From Cenococcum geophilum (lineage: Eukaryota), in contig CP158635.1 of NCBI GenBank assembly GCA_050273025.1, forward strand, positions 3,410,001 through 3,474,000: 64,000 nucleotides of DNA. Reading direction: 5' to 3'. Position 1 is the stretch's first letter. The number at the start of each line of letters is the position of its first letter. Of this stretch, positions 13,864-26,100 are shown piece by piece. The notes beneath the pieces were generated by a model. That model was given only the letters and a program-made list of their open reading frames with translations, was not told the DNA's origin and made no database searches. A program made the translations under genes and the position numbers.

Positions 13864-15147
13864 CCAATTCTTAGCTCTTAAAGAGGATAAGCTAGTAAAG
13901 GCAAATCTTATAGCAAAGCTAAAGAAAAAGCTTAATTTAATAATACTATTACTCTTTAATAAATATATCCTTTCCCTAAATAAGGATTCCATTGCTTTGC
14001 GCCAGAAGGGTTAAGGTAAAAAGATTAACGTTATTAATGTTAATTCCCTAAAGTAAGAATATGTGGAGTAACGCGCTTATAGAGCTTATATTACTTTTAT
14101 CTATTAACCTAAGGCTTTATTTAATCTCTCTATTACCACCTAATACTAAAAACTAACTAAGGATAATATTCTTGCCTTAAATAAACGTCTTTTTTAGTAA
14201 ATAAACCATCTTAATCGGGGACTACTCTATGTGCTTATTAATCTTCCTACCACTAAGCTCTTTATATTTATTAATAGATCGTTTATAAATAATAAAGATT
14301 TTAGCTCCTAGTTAGGATATAAGATTATTATTACAAATGAATTTACTAGAGAGAATAACTTTATAATTTATAGCAATCTTATCTATTAGAGCTTAATTAA
14401 AAGTAAGCGCATTACCTAAAGTGTTTTAGCGTTAGAGATATATAGAATAGTTAGCGGAGTTAATATAGCAATTGTAATTAGAACTACCCTAAAGATAATT
14501 ATAGATTAACTTAAACTTCTTATTATCCCTATAATTGTATACACCGACTTATATTCCTTTTATAAGTATTTAGTTAAGCTTAGTACTATAAAGGAGAAGC
14601 GCCTTATAATTAATATTATAGCACTTTAGCAATTCTATAAGTGTTAAGAACTCTTTAAGATTTAATAAATTAATGGCTAAGATAACCTAGTAGATATAAT
14701 AATAAAGGCGAACCTAAATAAGGTACTAGAGACGTTTATTAATATAAATACTCTATATATATAAGTTAAAGGTTAGGTTAAAAGGGAGTCCCTAGAAATT
14801 TCTTAGTTATATAAGGTCTTAAGATATTTAGGAACTTTAACTACCGGTTAAAGTTATCTAATTAGTTAGATTCTGTAGACCCTAACTTAATTTAGCTAAT
14901 TAGGATTTTCTATCCCTAGAATAGAAAATTGTTATTAGCTCGCTTACTACTAGCGCCTTAGCGGCCCTCTAAATAAGATATTTACCTATAACTCCTAAGT
15001 AAGAAAGCACCACGTGCTAAGAGGCAAACTTTTAAAATAGCAAGACTTATATTATAATAGCAATAGTAAGTAAAAAGGATTAATATTTATTATGCTAGTC
15101 GAGCGGTATATATATATAGATGGCAACCGTAAAAGAAGAGTTGCTAG

Positions 15148-15345
15148 TGTTAGGAATATAGGCAAGTTGCTATTACATACGGCAAGTTGCCGTTACGTGC
15201 GGTAAGTTGCCGTCACGTGTCGCCGCGGCACTAGTGTGGCGAGGAGCTTTAAGCTCCTCGCCCCCCCCCCCTAAAGAATAAAGAATAATAATTATTATAC
15301 TATCTACGAACCGTAGCTACGTAATATCCCCTTATGTAACCAATA
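15148..15345 (+). repeat. Copia 3' LTR (198 bp)
   Basis: TGTTAGGAAT start; one extra 20-bp GGCAAGTTGCC-type unit and a longer C-run than the 5' LTR; followed by TSD ATACC. Confidence 0.93.
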
Positions 15346-15610
15346 ATACCTATATTATATAATATTTAAATAATAGTATTTCTTATTATTTTTAATTACC
15401 TATTAAAATAGAAATATACTTTATTAGTAAAATATATTTACTTTTAATTAGCTTTAAACTAAAATTAACCTTTTATAAACAGGTTTTTTTAATAGACTTT
15501 ATACTTATAATAGCCTACTATATTAAGTAAAACTTTATAATATTAGTACTATAAAATAATTTAAATTTAACTTAATACTAATCTATTTAATTATTATATC
15601 ATTTTTAAAG

Positions 15611-17350
15611 CAAGCTCGGACCCCCGGAACTCGGTTACCCCTAGAACTTGATTACCCCACCAAAATTAATTGCAACACTTTAGAAGCTATCTACACCCAA
15701 CCAAATTAAATTGACTATTTACCCCTATATGCTATTTAATATATTGACTTCGCTCTTTCTAGCTAACTCTATTTAAGGCTTTAATTTTAGCTCCTTTGCC
15801 CTTATTTTAGTCCTTTTCTCCTCTACCTCCTCTATAGCTTCCTTAATTCTATCTTTATATTTAAAGTCTATATTTAGATCTACAGGTACTTACCTATAAA
15901 TTTTTTGGCTTTTAAGGTCTTTAAGTTATAATTGCAGGATATATATTTAAAGGTCTATATATATAGCCTTTATAATAAGCTGCTAAAGTTATTAACTTAC
16001 TTTTTATAAAAGTAACTAAATCTTTAATTTAGTGCATATCTACTATAAAGGCCTTAATCTATATAATATATATTATAGGGCATCTTTAGGGTAACTATAA
16101 TGTTAACCTAATTATTATTAGCCTGTTTAAAGCTTTATTTTTAACCTATAAAAAATTTAAGCCATTATATGGATTTTATAGATAATTACTAAAGATATAC
16201 TACCTAAATTTAATTATTTTTGCTATAAGACTTTGCCCTTAGGTCTTGCAGTAATACTTAGTAAAGTAGTACTTCTTAATTAAAGCTATATTATTAAGAA
16301 ATATAGGCTTTATAATCTACTTCTAATATTTTAATTTAATAAAGGAGAAATATAATAGATTTAAAGGTTACTATATTAAATAAAGTAGTAAAAAAATAAG
16401 TTATATATTAATTAATTAATATTTTAATAAAAACTTAATTATATAATAGCTTATATAGCTATTAAGTTAAAAAAAAGGCTTTATTACTAAATAATTCGGT
16501 TTTAAGTTAAAAATAATAATAATATAATCGGTTATTTCATTTTTTTTTCTTAAGCCTATATATATTTAATAAGGCATTTAGGCTTAGTATAACTACATTA
16601 ATAATAAATAATTAATTAATTAACTAGGGGCAAATATTACCCTTATAATAGATATATATTTATATCTATTTAGTAACTATATAAAAGTCTCCTTTTTATA
16701 GGGACCTCTTATAGTTATTAAGTTTATATATATATATATATAATATTACTCTAAATTTATCTATATTCTAGGTATTTTTGGCCTATATATTAACCCTCCT
16801 TTCTACCCCTTTTATAAAGATTTTAAAACGTTTAAATTTGCTTTAATTATACCCTATTAGTCTATCTAGTTTCTATTAAGTATATAATTTAATATTTAAT
16901 ATTAAAATTTTGGTAAAAATAGCTAATTACCTATATTATACTAAAGGGCTCAGTTTTGCCATTTTAACTAAATATTTGAGCTACTATTTTGTAACAATTA
17001 TAAATATAAAGGAGTAAATCTTTATAGGTCCTGTTTAAGTACCCAATTAATAAGCAAGACCTCCTATACAGGAGTCAATTACAGCTTGTGTTGGTGTATA
17101 AATTGGTTTAATAGCTTGCTATTTAATTAATCGCTTAAAATCGACAAAAGGACACCATATACAAGCACAGCTTTTCGCGCAGACATATGAACACCAGATT
17201 CGGAATCTACAATAGCCATTTGTAAGTTCTGCTTATTTTGGTCCATATTGATCGACTCGTTGTGGAGAAAATAGGTTGATAAATCGGTGAGTTGATTTTG
17301 GTGTGGTGACCGAGTTCAGGAGGCGACTGAGTTCCGGGGGCCCGAGCTTA
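15611..17350 (-). mobile_element. Fot1/pogo-like (DDE_1) DNA transposon, RIP-degraded
   Basis: ~60-bp TIRs: CAAGCTCGGACCCCCGGAACTCGG..CACCAAAAT vs revcomp TAAGCTCGGGCCCCCGGAACTCAG..CACCAAAAT; 1.74 kb; minus-strand remnants LLINWVL (~17037-17058) and a YLPL.. segment (~16620). TSD not resolved, so the family call is tentative. Confidence 0.7.
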
Positions 17351-19117
17351 ATTATAGTTTTTCTTTAATCTTCTCTTATAATAATAAAGGCTTTTAGCCT
17401 ATATAACTTTTACCTATACGTCTATCTAAACTAAAGGCAAGAATATGGCGCATAATTCAAGGGAGAACAGAGTTAAACTTAAATAAATCGTTGACCAAAA
17501 GGTTACCTGTTGCGATCGCGTATTTGCGCCAAGCCATATATGCGCGCACGTTCAGGAGTACTGTATTCTTTTCCGGGGGCATAAATTTCTTTATTTGGAT
17601 CATTAGTAGGTGTAGAATATCTTATTTGGCTATGCATTGTATGTGGTTTTAAAAAAGGAGTGTATTGTTTTGATTTTGGCGAGGCAACGACTTTTTCCAC
17701 CGGGCCTCGGCCCGATTAAAGGCCCTGATTACATTCGAAAAGTAATCGTCTAGGGTGCCGCCCCGCCCCTTCGTACGATGCGCGGAGCCGAACTACGCTA
17801 CTGTAGAAGGTATCCACCAATCAGCAAATTGGTGTGTGCAATATACGCAGGCCAACAACACCGAGGACCCGATTGTTGGCCACACAAAAACATACGAAAA
17901 ACTCTGGGGCACCCTCGCCAAGGTTCAGATGAGATGTCGAATTTTCGAATAAACCACCAAAGAAGTTTTTAGTAATGATGTTTCTATTACCCACCCTCTC
18001 CCATAACCGTTGCCGTCGAAGAGTTTCTGGACACAGCCGGTTCGGAGTTATGCATCGAGCTAGTGAGCGTCCTTGAAGGGGACCTAGAGACTCTTCCAAG
18101 GTGAATATTGCCCGGCAATCATTGAATAAGCTACCATTTCGTCCCCTCTGCTAAGGCAAATCGAAGCACATCCTAGACCGAACTGTACCCACCTCAAGCC
18201 AGACGGCCAAGAGAGACGACCCGCCCTTCAGACAACGTTGCCTAAAAGCCACCGCTACCCGTCAGAGTCCGCAAAAGAATGTATATAGAGGTCCGTGTAT
18301 CATCATCTTCTGGTGGATCGGGGCTCGACGCCCGGATCGAAAAGTCGGGATGCACGAAAACCGGAGTGATGGACATGTGGACGCCATTCCGTTGAGACAC
18401 GGAAGGTATGCTCTGATATGAAACTGAAGTTGAAGCTAAATTTAGACCGATGCTGACATGGGTTTTAGATTTATAAGGACTTCGATAGTATAGGTCGTGA
18501 GAAGATCCCCTGACCACTTAGGGCAATGACCAGAAAGGAAAATGAAGTATAACCATGGCAAAACCTACCACGGGCGGTTGAAGAGATAAATCAAACATTC
18601 GGGCGGAGTGGGATTTATTTGAACACTTTAACACAAGAGTAAACGGGGAAAAAGAGCGAAGCACACGAATTCTTCAGTCTGACCATTGTGGAAATAGTTC
18701 TATTGCGAAAAGCATTGGACTGGAGAGAGTTGGAGACCTTTATAAGGTAGGAAAGAGATGTCCTCTTCTTAGTGATGCCCTGAAGAAGGCTAATGCACAA
18801 TAAATTTGGTTGTATAACGAAAGAAAATTAGGATTTAGGGTTTGGCTAGATATAACAGGTACAGGAATGTAAATAGAAACCTGTCTAATGGGATCTGACA
18901 TGGAGAAGTTGAATTTAGCAAAGAGTATTTATCAAAATTCTATTCTTGGAATATTTTGCTTTTCCTATAGATTCAAGGCCTCCAGTTGAATAGTCATACG
19001 TTGGTAAGAACAAGACCACCTCTTTTGCGCAGAAAGGAGGTCCGTTTCATATCTTCGGGTTCTCTTTCTCATTCCAGGTTGAACTCCCCATGGGTATCTC
19101 GCCATACATGCTGGAAC

Positions 19118-22100
19118 TTACCATTGGATTGGCTTTTTGTCCTGCTAGAACAAACCACTACGATCGTTGAGATCTTCTAATGCAAGCGTAACCGGTGTCT
19201 AGGTTCCTTGATCTGGTGTTTTTGATCCACCACCTGGTCACATCTGTCTTTACATATCCCGGACAGCAGGAATTAATTGGAACCTTACTACCTTTTTCCT
19301 TCTCAGCTGTCCCAATAGCTTTTGTCATGCCAACAACTCCTGCTTTGGAGACAGCATAACCAGCACTGGGCCAGCCCTGCTTTTTTTTTCCCCGCCGCAT
19401 CGACGGCGGACTGGAATCGTTCCACCGACTTTGTGATATCCAGGACGGTCTTAAAGGCAAGGAACTGGTCTCGTATCGTGTCTGAATATTTATTAAGCTT
19501 CCCACTCATACTCGCGAAATTGATGACGCGGCCTTTGTTCTTCATCAGTGGGAGAAAATGCTCAGTCGCTTCGAGGGTTCGTAGTAATTGCAACGAAGAG
19601 TTATTTTTACAACATTGGAGTCTATCAAGTGCAAGGGGATTAGCAGCTGCCTAGGTATTTCTCAGATTGACCAAAGTCTAAGGGTATGAAAGGCGATCGC
19701 TCTCATCGAAGCCTTGAATAGCGATGCCAGCGTTGTTGATGTCAAAATCGATCCCCTCCTCATGCGACCTCTTCAGATACTCGGCGAAGTCCTTGATGCT
19801 CCTCGTATCAGCAATGTCTAGCTCATGGACAGAGTTGCTGATAAGCAATTCAGATTATTCGGATTGCTTGCTTGATTGTATTATACAATCAATCTTTAAT
19901 TCAATCTGGAGGGTTTAATTTGGGCAATCAATCTATTAAGGAAGGCTTAGATTAATTGATTAATTGTATATTTTATATATAAATTATATAAGATCTTGGT
20001 AATAGGCTTTTGGTCGGAGGTTTGAGTGTATAGGCGCTAAGCCTGATATAGCAGTTGCTAGGCCTAATTGAATTATTTTTCTGGGCCGAAATTGTATACT
20101 AGGGTCCTCGAATTTGCACTATTCCTAATTTAAACCTTAACACTAGCGTTAAATAATTATTATTTGATACTACTATAATGGCAGAGGAACTGTTATAGGC
20201 TAATATTAACGCGCTAAATGCAGGAAATAGGATTAACGCTGACCTTACCCTCTCCGAAGCTGTTGCTCCCACTGAAACCTTTATTAAGATTAACAGCGAC
20301 TCTAAAGATAACGGGATTAATTGATATAATAGTATTAACTAGAAACGACTACCTAACCTTATAAAGCCTTATTATAGCCTACTATAGACGCCTAGCTAGA
20401 TATATAAGTATAGATATTAGTTATAAAGTAGGGTTAACAATAAGCAAATTATCTTTATTTGTAAGTACTGCTATATTTATAAAATTATTGACTGCGGAGG
20501 CTAAGGCCGGTATAATATTATATAAGCAACTAGTGCTGCTACTGCCCATCTTAGGCAGAATAAGAAGGGCTATGGAGTTAATAAGTACGGTAAGATTATA
20601 CTAGCTATAGAGGCTGGGCAGAGTACTCTTTTAGAGTAAGTTATAAGGAGTGGCTACTATATCTTTTAAGTAGTTACTAACGCTTTAATTGGTGGCTTTA
20701 ATATAGAAGCTTTTAAATAGTTGGCTGTTAATTGGATTATAGAGAATAATTACCCTTTACGCGAATTTAAGACGCCTGCCTTCCGTAAGATGTTATAACT
20801 TACGAATCCTGAGGCTGAGCGGGTTCTATGGAAGAACTATTAAGCCGTTATAGATTTCGTTACAATAGAGTTTAAAGCCTATATTCCATCCGTAAAGGAG
20901 TTCCTCTCTACTATATAGTTACAAATCCACGTATCTTTTAATGGCTGGTTAATACTAAATAGTAGATACGCTCTTACGGGTATATAGGTTTATTACCTTA
21001 ACTATAAAGGCAAGATTCGCGACTATATAATAGCCCTACTAGCCCAACTTGGCCATTACTTTAGAGAGAATTATATGGAGGTTATTAGAAGCGTTCTTAA
21101 TATATTTAATATTATAAAAGAGCGGCTAGGCTATTTTGTTATGGATAATAAATCTAATAATAATACCGTAGTAGAAGGCTTGGCTATTAAGTTTAACTTT
21201 ATTACGGCTTACTATTACGGCCAGTACGCCTATTATATACTTAATCTTATAGCCTAGTAAATTATGTGGTTAAAGGATAAGGACTTATTTAAGAATAATA
21301 AGAATATTCCTGTAAGTAGCCTTAGCCTATTCTTTTACTGCTACTAATTTAGGCTAGGAAGAAGAGAAGTTTCTTATAGAGTGGCGAAAGGAAGGTGCTC
21401 TTGGAGCCCTCTATAATCTTATTATTTTTATTAATATAGCTTAATAGATTAAGCTTTTTAAGTCCTTCTAAATTACACAAAATATTCCTCCTAATTTAAA
21501 CTTTAAGGTTAAGTAACTAGTTAAGCCCGTTAAGACGCGTTAGAATAGTTACTTTAACGCCTTTAAGAGAGCTATAGAACTATAGCCTGCCCTTAATGTA
21601 TATTAAACCTTTAAGATTAATAAGTTTAAGAAGAAGAAGGTAGCGTTTTAATCCTTTATAAGAAGCCGAGGTTAAGAGCTACCGGAAATAAAGGCACGCC
21701 TCTATATTAAAGTTGGCGGAATTACTATATATAATTAGCAAGTCGTAAATAACTACCTTAATATTCTTCGCCCTTTTTATAAGGCTATAAGTATGCTTAA
21801 GGGTAAAGGGAAGGTAGGCTTAAATAGTGCTATTTGGGAGGTTATTTCTACATTTAATTGGCTACTTATAGTTCTTAAAGAATAGAAGGATTGAGTTGCT
21901 AAAGCTATAGAGGAGGACTATCCCGATTAGGAGGCTATAGAAGATTATATTAAGATTAACATTAACGCGGCCTGGTTAAAGTTAAATAAGTATTTTAAAA
22001 AGCTTAACAAGACGCCTATCTACTACGCGGTAGTAATTCTACATCCTTATACTAAGCTCTTCTACGAGAACGCTTAAAAGGATAGGCTAAATTGGCTTAA

Positions 22101-23461
22101 AACGAACGACGCTAATTTTTAAGCTCTGTAGGTAAAATATAAAGCTCTTTTAAATAAGGCTTTAGGCGAAGCTTTAGATAAGCCTACGTTATTAGCTGTT
22201 AAGCCGCCATAAAGAGGCCACGTCTTTATATAGCCCGTGACTTATACGTTAAAGCTAATACTAGTATAGCAGAGGGCCGAGCTAGCGACGATAATGAATA
22301 TAAGACTTAAAAGAAGATTAAGCCACTTAATAAAGACTACCCTCTAGCGTAGGATCCTATTAAGTATTGGTGGTAGCTTTAAACTGAGTATCTACGACTT
22401 AGCCGCATGGCTTTTAATATACTAACTATTCTAGCGGTAAGCACTGACTGCGAGCGAGGATTTAGTGAGTGTGGCGATTTATTAGAAAAGCGTTGATCTA
22501 GGTTACTGCCTGCAATAATTGCTGCTCTTTCATGCAATTGATCTTGGAAGAAGATAGGCTTTAAGAAGGCTGTAGCTGTTCCTACTATACCTGGAGGCTT
22601 AATATTACGCCAAGATCCGAATATATAAGCTCTATAGGCTACTACTAATATATAAGCTAGCGCATAGGTAACTATAGAAGCCGCTTTATAGGCTACTTGC
22701 GCCTTATGAGCTCGTACTATATTATAAGCTCGTGCTTTATCGCGAGCTGCATCGCAGGCTTCCTCTTATAGCTTTTAAGCTGTATTATAAAACTCCTTAT
22801 AAGCCTTATTGCGAGGATTATCACGAATTATACCGGTAACACTATAATCTTCCGGGTAAAACGGACGGTTAGGAGGACGGTTAGCATTACGTTGAAGGAT
22901 ATAATGGATAAACAGTGAAGGAGTGAAGGATTTTGGGCGAATTCGAGGCTATTGGAAGGCAAATTTTAACGCTGCGGCGAAGCGCTGCCAAAAATTTGAT
23001 AAGTCTATATATTAATTAATCAATCTTTAATTAAGCCTCTAAAAAAGCTAACCAATTAATCCTTAATTAAGTCGTGAGTATTGATTTATATAATTAATCA
23101 ATTTCAAGACCTTAAGATTGATTGCTTGCTTATTAGCAACTCTGCTCATAGAACCTGATCCCGGCCAATCCACCATGATGGACAAGGGCCTTGGCCTTCT
23201 GGAGCTGAACATCTTTTTCTAGGTTTTGCAATGCTGCTTCGCCCCTGCCTCTGTCGCGAGCGGTAAGGTATATCAACGGACAGCCGTCATTGGGTGGTGA
23301 CTTTGGGTACTGAAGAGCGAGATTCCGCACTGTGAGAGATTAGAGATTAGAGATGTTAGGGAGAATGCGATGAATCTCATGGCGAGTGGACAAGAGGTAC
23401 CTATGGCCAAGCCAATGCGTTTATTTGCCCCGGCAACAACGCCGACTCTGGAATAGGACAT
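19118..23461 (-). pseudogene. Carbonyl reductase-like short-chain dehydrogenase/reductase (SDR), disrupted
   Basis: MSYSRVGVVAGANKRIGLAI (Rossmann motif), IYLTARDRGRG, INNAGI, GRVINFAS, YAVSK (YxxxK), CCPGYVKTD. Split by hAT 19830-23144; frameshifts (poly-T at ~19381, ~19235) and two TAG stops before the native TAA at 19118-19120. Confidence 0.9.
19830..23144 (+). mobile_element. hAT-superfamily DNA transposon (Restless-like termini), RIP-inactivated
   Basis: TIR CAGAGTTGCTGATAAGCAA / TTGCTTATTAGCAACTCTG; 8-bp TSD CTCATGGA (19822-19829) / CTCATAGA (23145-23152); BED-like FICKYC (~20455), KTR.NS (~21532), hATC motif YWW..EY.RLSRMAF..L.I.A.S.DCERGFS (~22365-22466). Confidence 0.95.
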
Positions 23462-23639
23462 GTCGTTGGAGAAAGCTGGGATGGGAGGAAGCGGCGGGTG
23501 CGCAAGGGAACATGATTTCAGCGCGTGGTGGTGGAGCATTTATTAGGGAAGGGTAATGAAGTCATAAAATCTATGACCGTGGAGCGGCCATGCTGCGCGC
23601 CTGCCACACCCTGCCCATCTCAATGTGCAATGTACTGTA

Positions 23640-23772
23640 CACCCTCTCGTCAACTCCGGTGGTTAACGTGTTTTATTTAACTTTCCCTTAAACAGCAAAA
23701 ATACCAAAACTTCCCCTACAAAAAGGCCGTGCAGACGTGGCTGCGCTAACCACCGGAATTGATAAGAGGGTG
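23640..23772. mobile_element. MITE, Tc1/mariner-type (133 bp)
   Basis: 29-bp TIR CACCCTCTCGTCAACTCCGGTGGTTAACG vs CACCCTCTTATCAATTCCGGTGGTTAGCG; TA on both flanks. Confidence 0.9.
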
Positions 23773-24625
23773 TACACCACCTTGGCGCATCCGGTTGAAA
23801 GCGCGTGTTGATCTTGGTGATCAAACGGCAGAGTTTATACCTTTAAAGTAATGCGCACGGCCATTTAAACATATTTTTACCTTTTTTTTAAGTATAATCT
23901 ACGCATTTTGATTAGCGTGATCACACGCGCTTTCAACCAGATGCGCCAGGGTGGTGTAAGCTTTTTGTTACTGTAATGAAGCTCGGACCCATCTCACAGT
24001 GCAGGCCTGGGACCTGCAGCACAGCACACCTCCCAGGCACGCGGCGGGGTAGCCCCACCTTGAGGTACACACTTCGGACCCGCTGCTGCATACGGTCGAG
24101 AATGCCATTCCTAAGGCCACCGCAAGTCTTAGCCCCGGCGCAATGACCTTCGAAAGGCGGTGCTGCCTGTTTCACCAATTCTGCCTGCAGACTTCGTATG
24201 AATCTAAGAACATTCACTCCTGTATTTTTGGCGCAGTCGTTGCTATTTCGTGTTTCTTTCATTTCTCTTCTGCTACTACGATGCCGAGTGCCTTCAACCG
24301 CCCCGATTCGACTCAAGAAACTGTCTCATATCCGGACATCTAAGCATACGTCGTCTTCCGTTTATTCATTTGGTAGAACATCGAGGGGTCCGGGCGGGCA
24401 AAAGCGGGCAGTAATAACGTAAGTTTAGGGTGGAAAAAAAAAGTTAACCTTAATTTATACTTCATCCCCATGACCACATTCACTGCGAATATTCCTTGTA
24501 AATGGTAGCTGACTTAAATCCAGCCCCACTGCATATTCTGCCTACCATCCACTTCCACCCTGCTTTGACTGGTGACATCCTCTTTACGCCTTCTTTCCAG
24601 TAGCTTTCGATATTCTTCCGCCAAG

Positions 24626-26100
24626 ATGACAACCTGTGTGATCTGCGGCGATGATGAGAAGGAGAATGCTCCATTACGACAAACAGCTTGTAGAGACCAC
24701 TATATGTGTGATTCCTGTCTCGAGCAGACATTTTCTCTTGCCTTGCGCGATGAGTCGCATTACCCCCCTCGATGCTGCGGCGATGAGACCGCCATACTTT
24801 TGGTGGATGATTACATGGAATACCTGCCTGGTAGTTTGGTTTGGGATTATCAGATAAAGGAAATGGAATACAGCACCCATAACAAGTTAGTACATGCACT
24901 GTACCTCGGCCATTGACGAGCATATTAAGAGACGATGATTGCTGATCCAAATGCTCTATAGGTTCCGCATCTACTGCGGCAATCCCTCATGCGCCAGCTT
25001 CATCCACCCAAACAACTACCAAAGTGGCCCGCCGATCACGGCTCCCTGTGACTCCTGCGTCTCCTTGACATGTGTGAGCTGCAAGGCGCTCATTGACTCC
25101 GATGCCGCCGCACATGAATGCATAGTACCAGAAGCAGATATTAAATTCGAGCTTGTCGTCCGTGAGAAGAACTACCAACGCTGCTTTAATTGCGGAGCCA
25201 CCATCGAGCTTTCCGATGCTTGTAACCATATCAGGTACGAAGGCTTTCCATATTTCTGTAGACGCCACCTAATTTAGAGGCATGAGAGGGAGGAATTCGT
25301 CCTGACGGCCTGCTGACTCATGAAACAGCTGTGACTGCGGCACCGAATTCTGTTACATCTGCGGCAGAGAATGGGAAGGTCCCCATGGGTGTCCGTATTA
25401 CTGTCAGCCGGTCTATGACAAGGACGGGTATAACCAAGATGGGTTCCATCGCGAGACGGGGCTAAATCGCGAAGGGAACGGTCGGTTCGACGAGGACGGT
25501 TTCGATGATGAAGGATTCGACAGGGATGGATTCGATCAGGACGGTCGGAATGAAGAAGGTTACGATCGGCAGGGGTTTGGTGAAGATGGGTATGACAGGC
25601 AAGGGTATGATGCTGAGCGCCTTGATAGGGAAGGGATGCCAAGAATGAACGATGACGATAGGGAGATGGCGAGGATTCTGCAACAAATTCAGGATGCTGA
25701 GACTGGGTGGTCACCACCAACAGATGACGAAGGAAGTGAAGAGGATGGAGAAGATGATGAGGAGGATGACGAAGACGATGAAGAAGAAGACGACGAGAGA
25801 GAGGACCGGGAGGAGGATCGGGAAGACGGCGGAGAAGGAGATGACGACAAAGAGCAAGGAAGTAGTAGAGTTGAAGTGGAGCAGGGCAACGAAGGGAATC
25901 AAAGGGAAGGTGATGGTCGAACTACCACGATCGAAAGGATTGATGATACAAAAGCCGGGGTTGATGTTAACATTGTGCGAAACGAATCCATCGTCGAAGA
26001 TGAGAGCCTAAGCTACAACCAACATGACCACATCACTGCTACGGAAGATTCTAGCATTCTACCTAAGGATAGAGATCAGGATGCAATGGAAATCGACTAA
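24626..26100 (+). CDS. RBR (RING-IBR-RING, ariadne-like) E3 ubiquitin ligase with DxDG[YF] repeats and acidic tail; exons 24626-24885, 24962-25234, 25329-26100 (434 aa)
   Basis: RING1 CVIC..C.DHYMCDSC..YPPRCC; IBR RIYCGNPSCASFI..C..C...TCVSCK..HEC; RING2 QRCFNCGATIELSDACNHISCDCGTEFCYICGREW; GT-AG introns join the exons in frame (1305 nt). Confidence 0.92.

Larger units (their letters stand above)
1943..14790 (+). pseudogene. Copia gag-pol polyprotein relic (interrupted by Gypsy at 5913-13863)
   Basis: ATG at 1943; motifs as listed for the element; many TAA/TAG stops at RIP-type positions; end approximate. Confidence 0.85.
1311..15345 (+). mobile_element. Ty1/Copia LTR retrotransposon, full-length, RIP-inactivated (contains nested Gypsy)
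   Basis: LTRs 1311-1485 and 15148-15345; 5-bp TSD ATACC (1306-1310 / 15346-15350). Domain order gag knuckle (CYVCKKP, ~3260), integrase (RQLHR.F.HP, ~4051), RT (KPLYGIAE ~5726; MQTDD-like ~5872), RNase H (~14260-14780) is the Copia order. Confidence 0.93.
422..17716 (-). mobile_element. Tc1/mariner (IS630/DDE_3-type) DNA transposon, RIP-degraded, split by nested Copia and Fot1-like insertions
   Basis: Imperfect ~45-bp TIRs: 422-466 ATCGGACCCGAGGCCTAGCGGAAAAATGTCGTTGCCTCGCAAAAAT vs revcomp of 17673-17716 ATCGGGCCGAGGCCCGGTGGAAAAAGTCGTTGCCTCGCCAAAAT. Minus strand at ~755-805 reads ..FSIIENLWYIIK.R, resembling the SPDLNPIENLW motif of DDE_3. ORF 17503-17700(-) (..KEYSTPERARIYGL..) is the likely N-terminus. 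About 1.5 kb remains after removing the inserts. TA is seen only on the right flank. Confidence 0.75.

Noticed and set aside
17755..18800. Short ORFs and a possible minus-strand relic (MSITPVFVHPDF..)
   Set aside because: Read-through needs about five stops in ~80 codons, close to random expectation; no domain recognised
23933..24422. Overlapping 66-127 aa ORFs upstream of the RBR gene
   Set aside because: No motif or splice support; GC-rich intergenic sequence gives such ORFs by chance
24480..26011. Antisense and alternate-frame ORFs over the RBR gene
   Set aside because: Shadows of the real CDS and its low-complexity repeats
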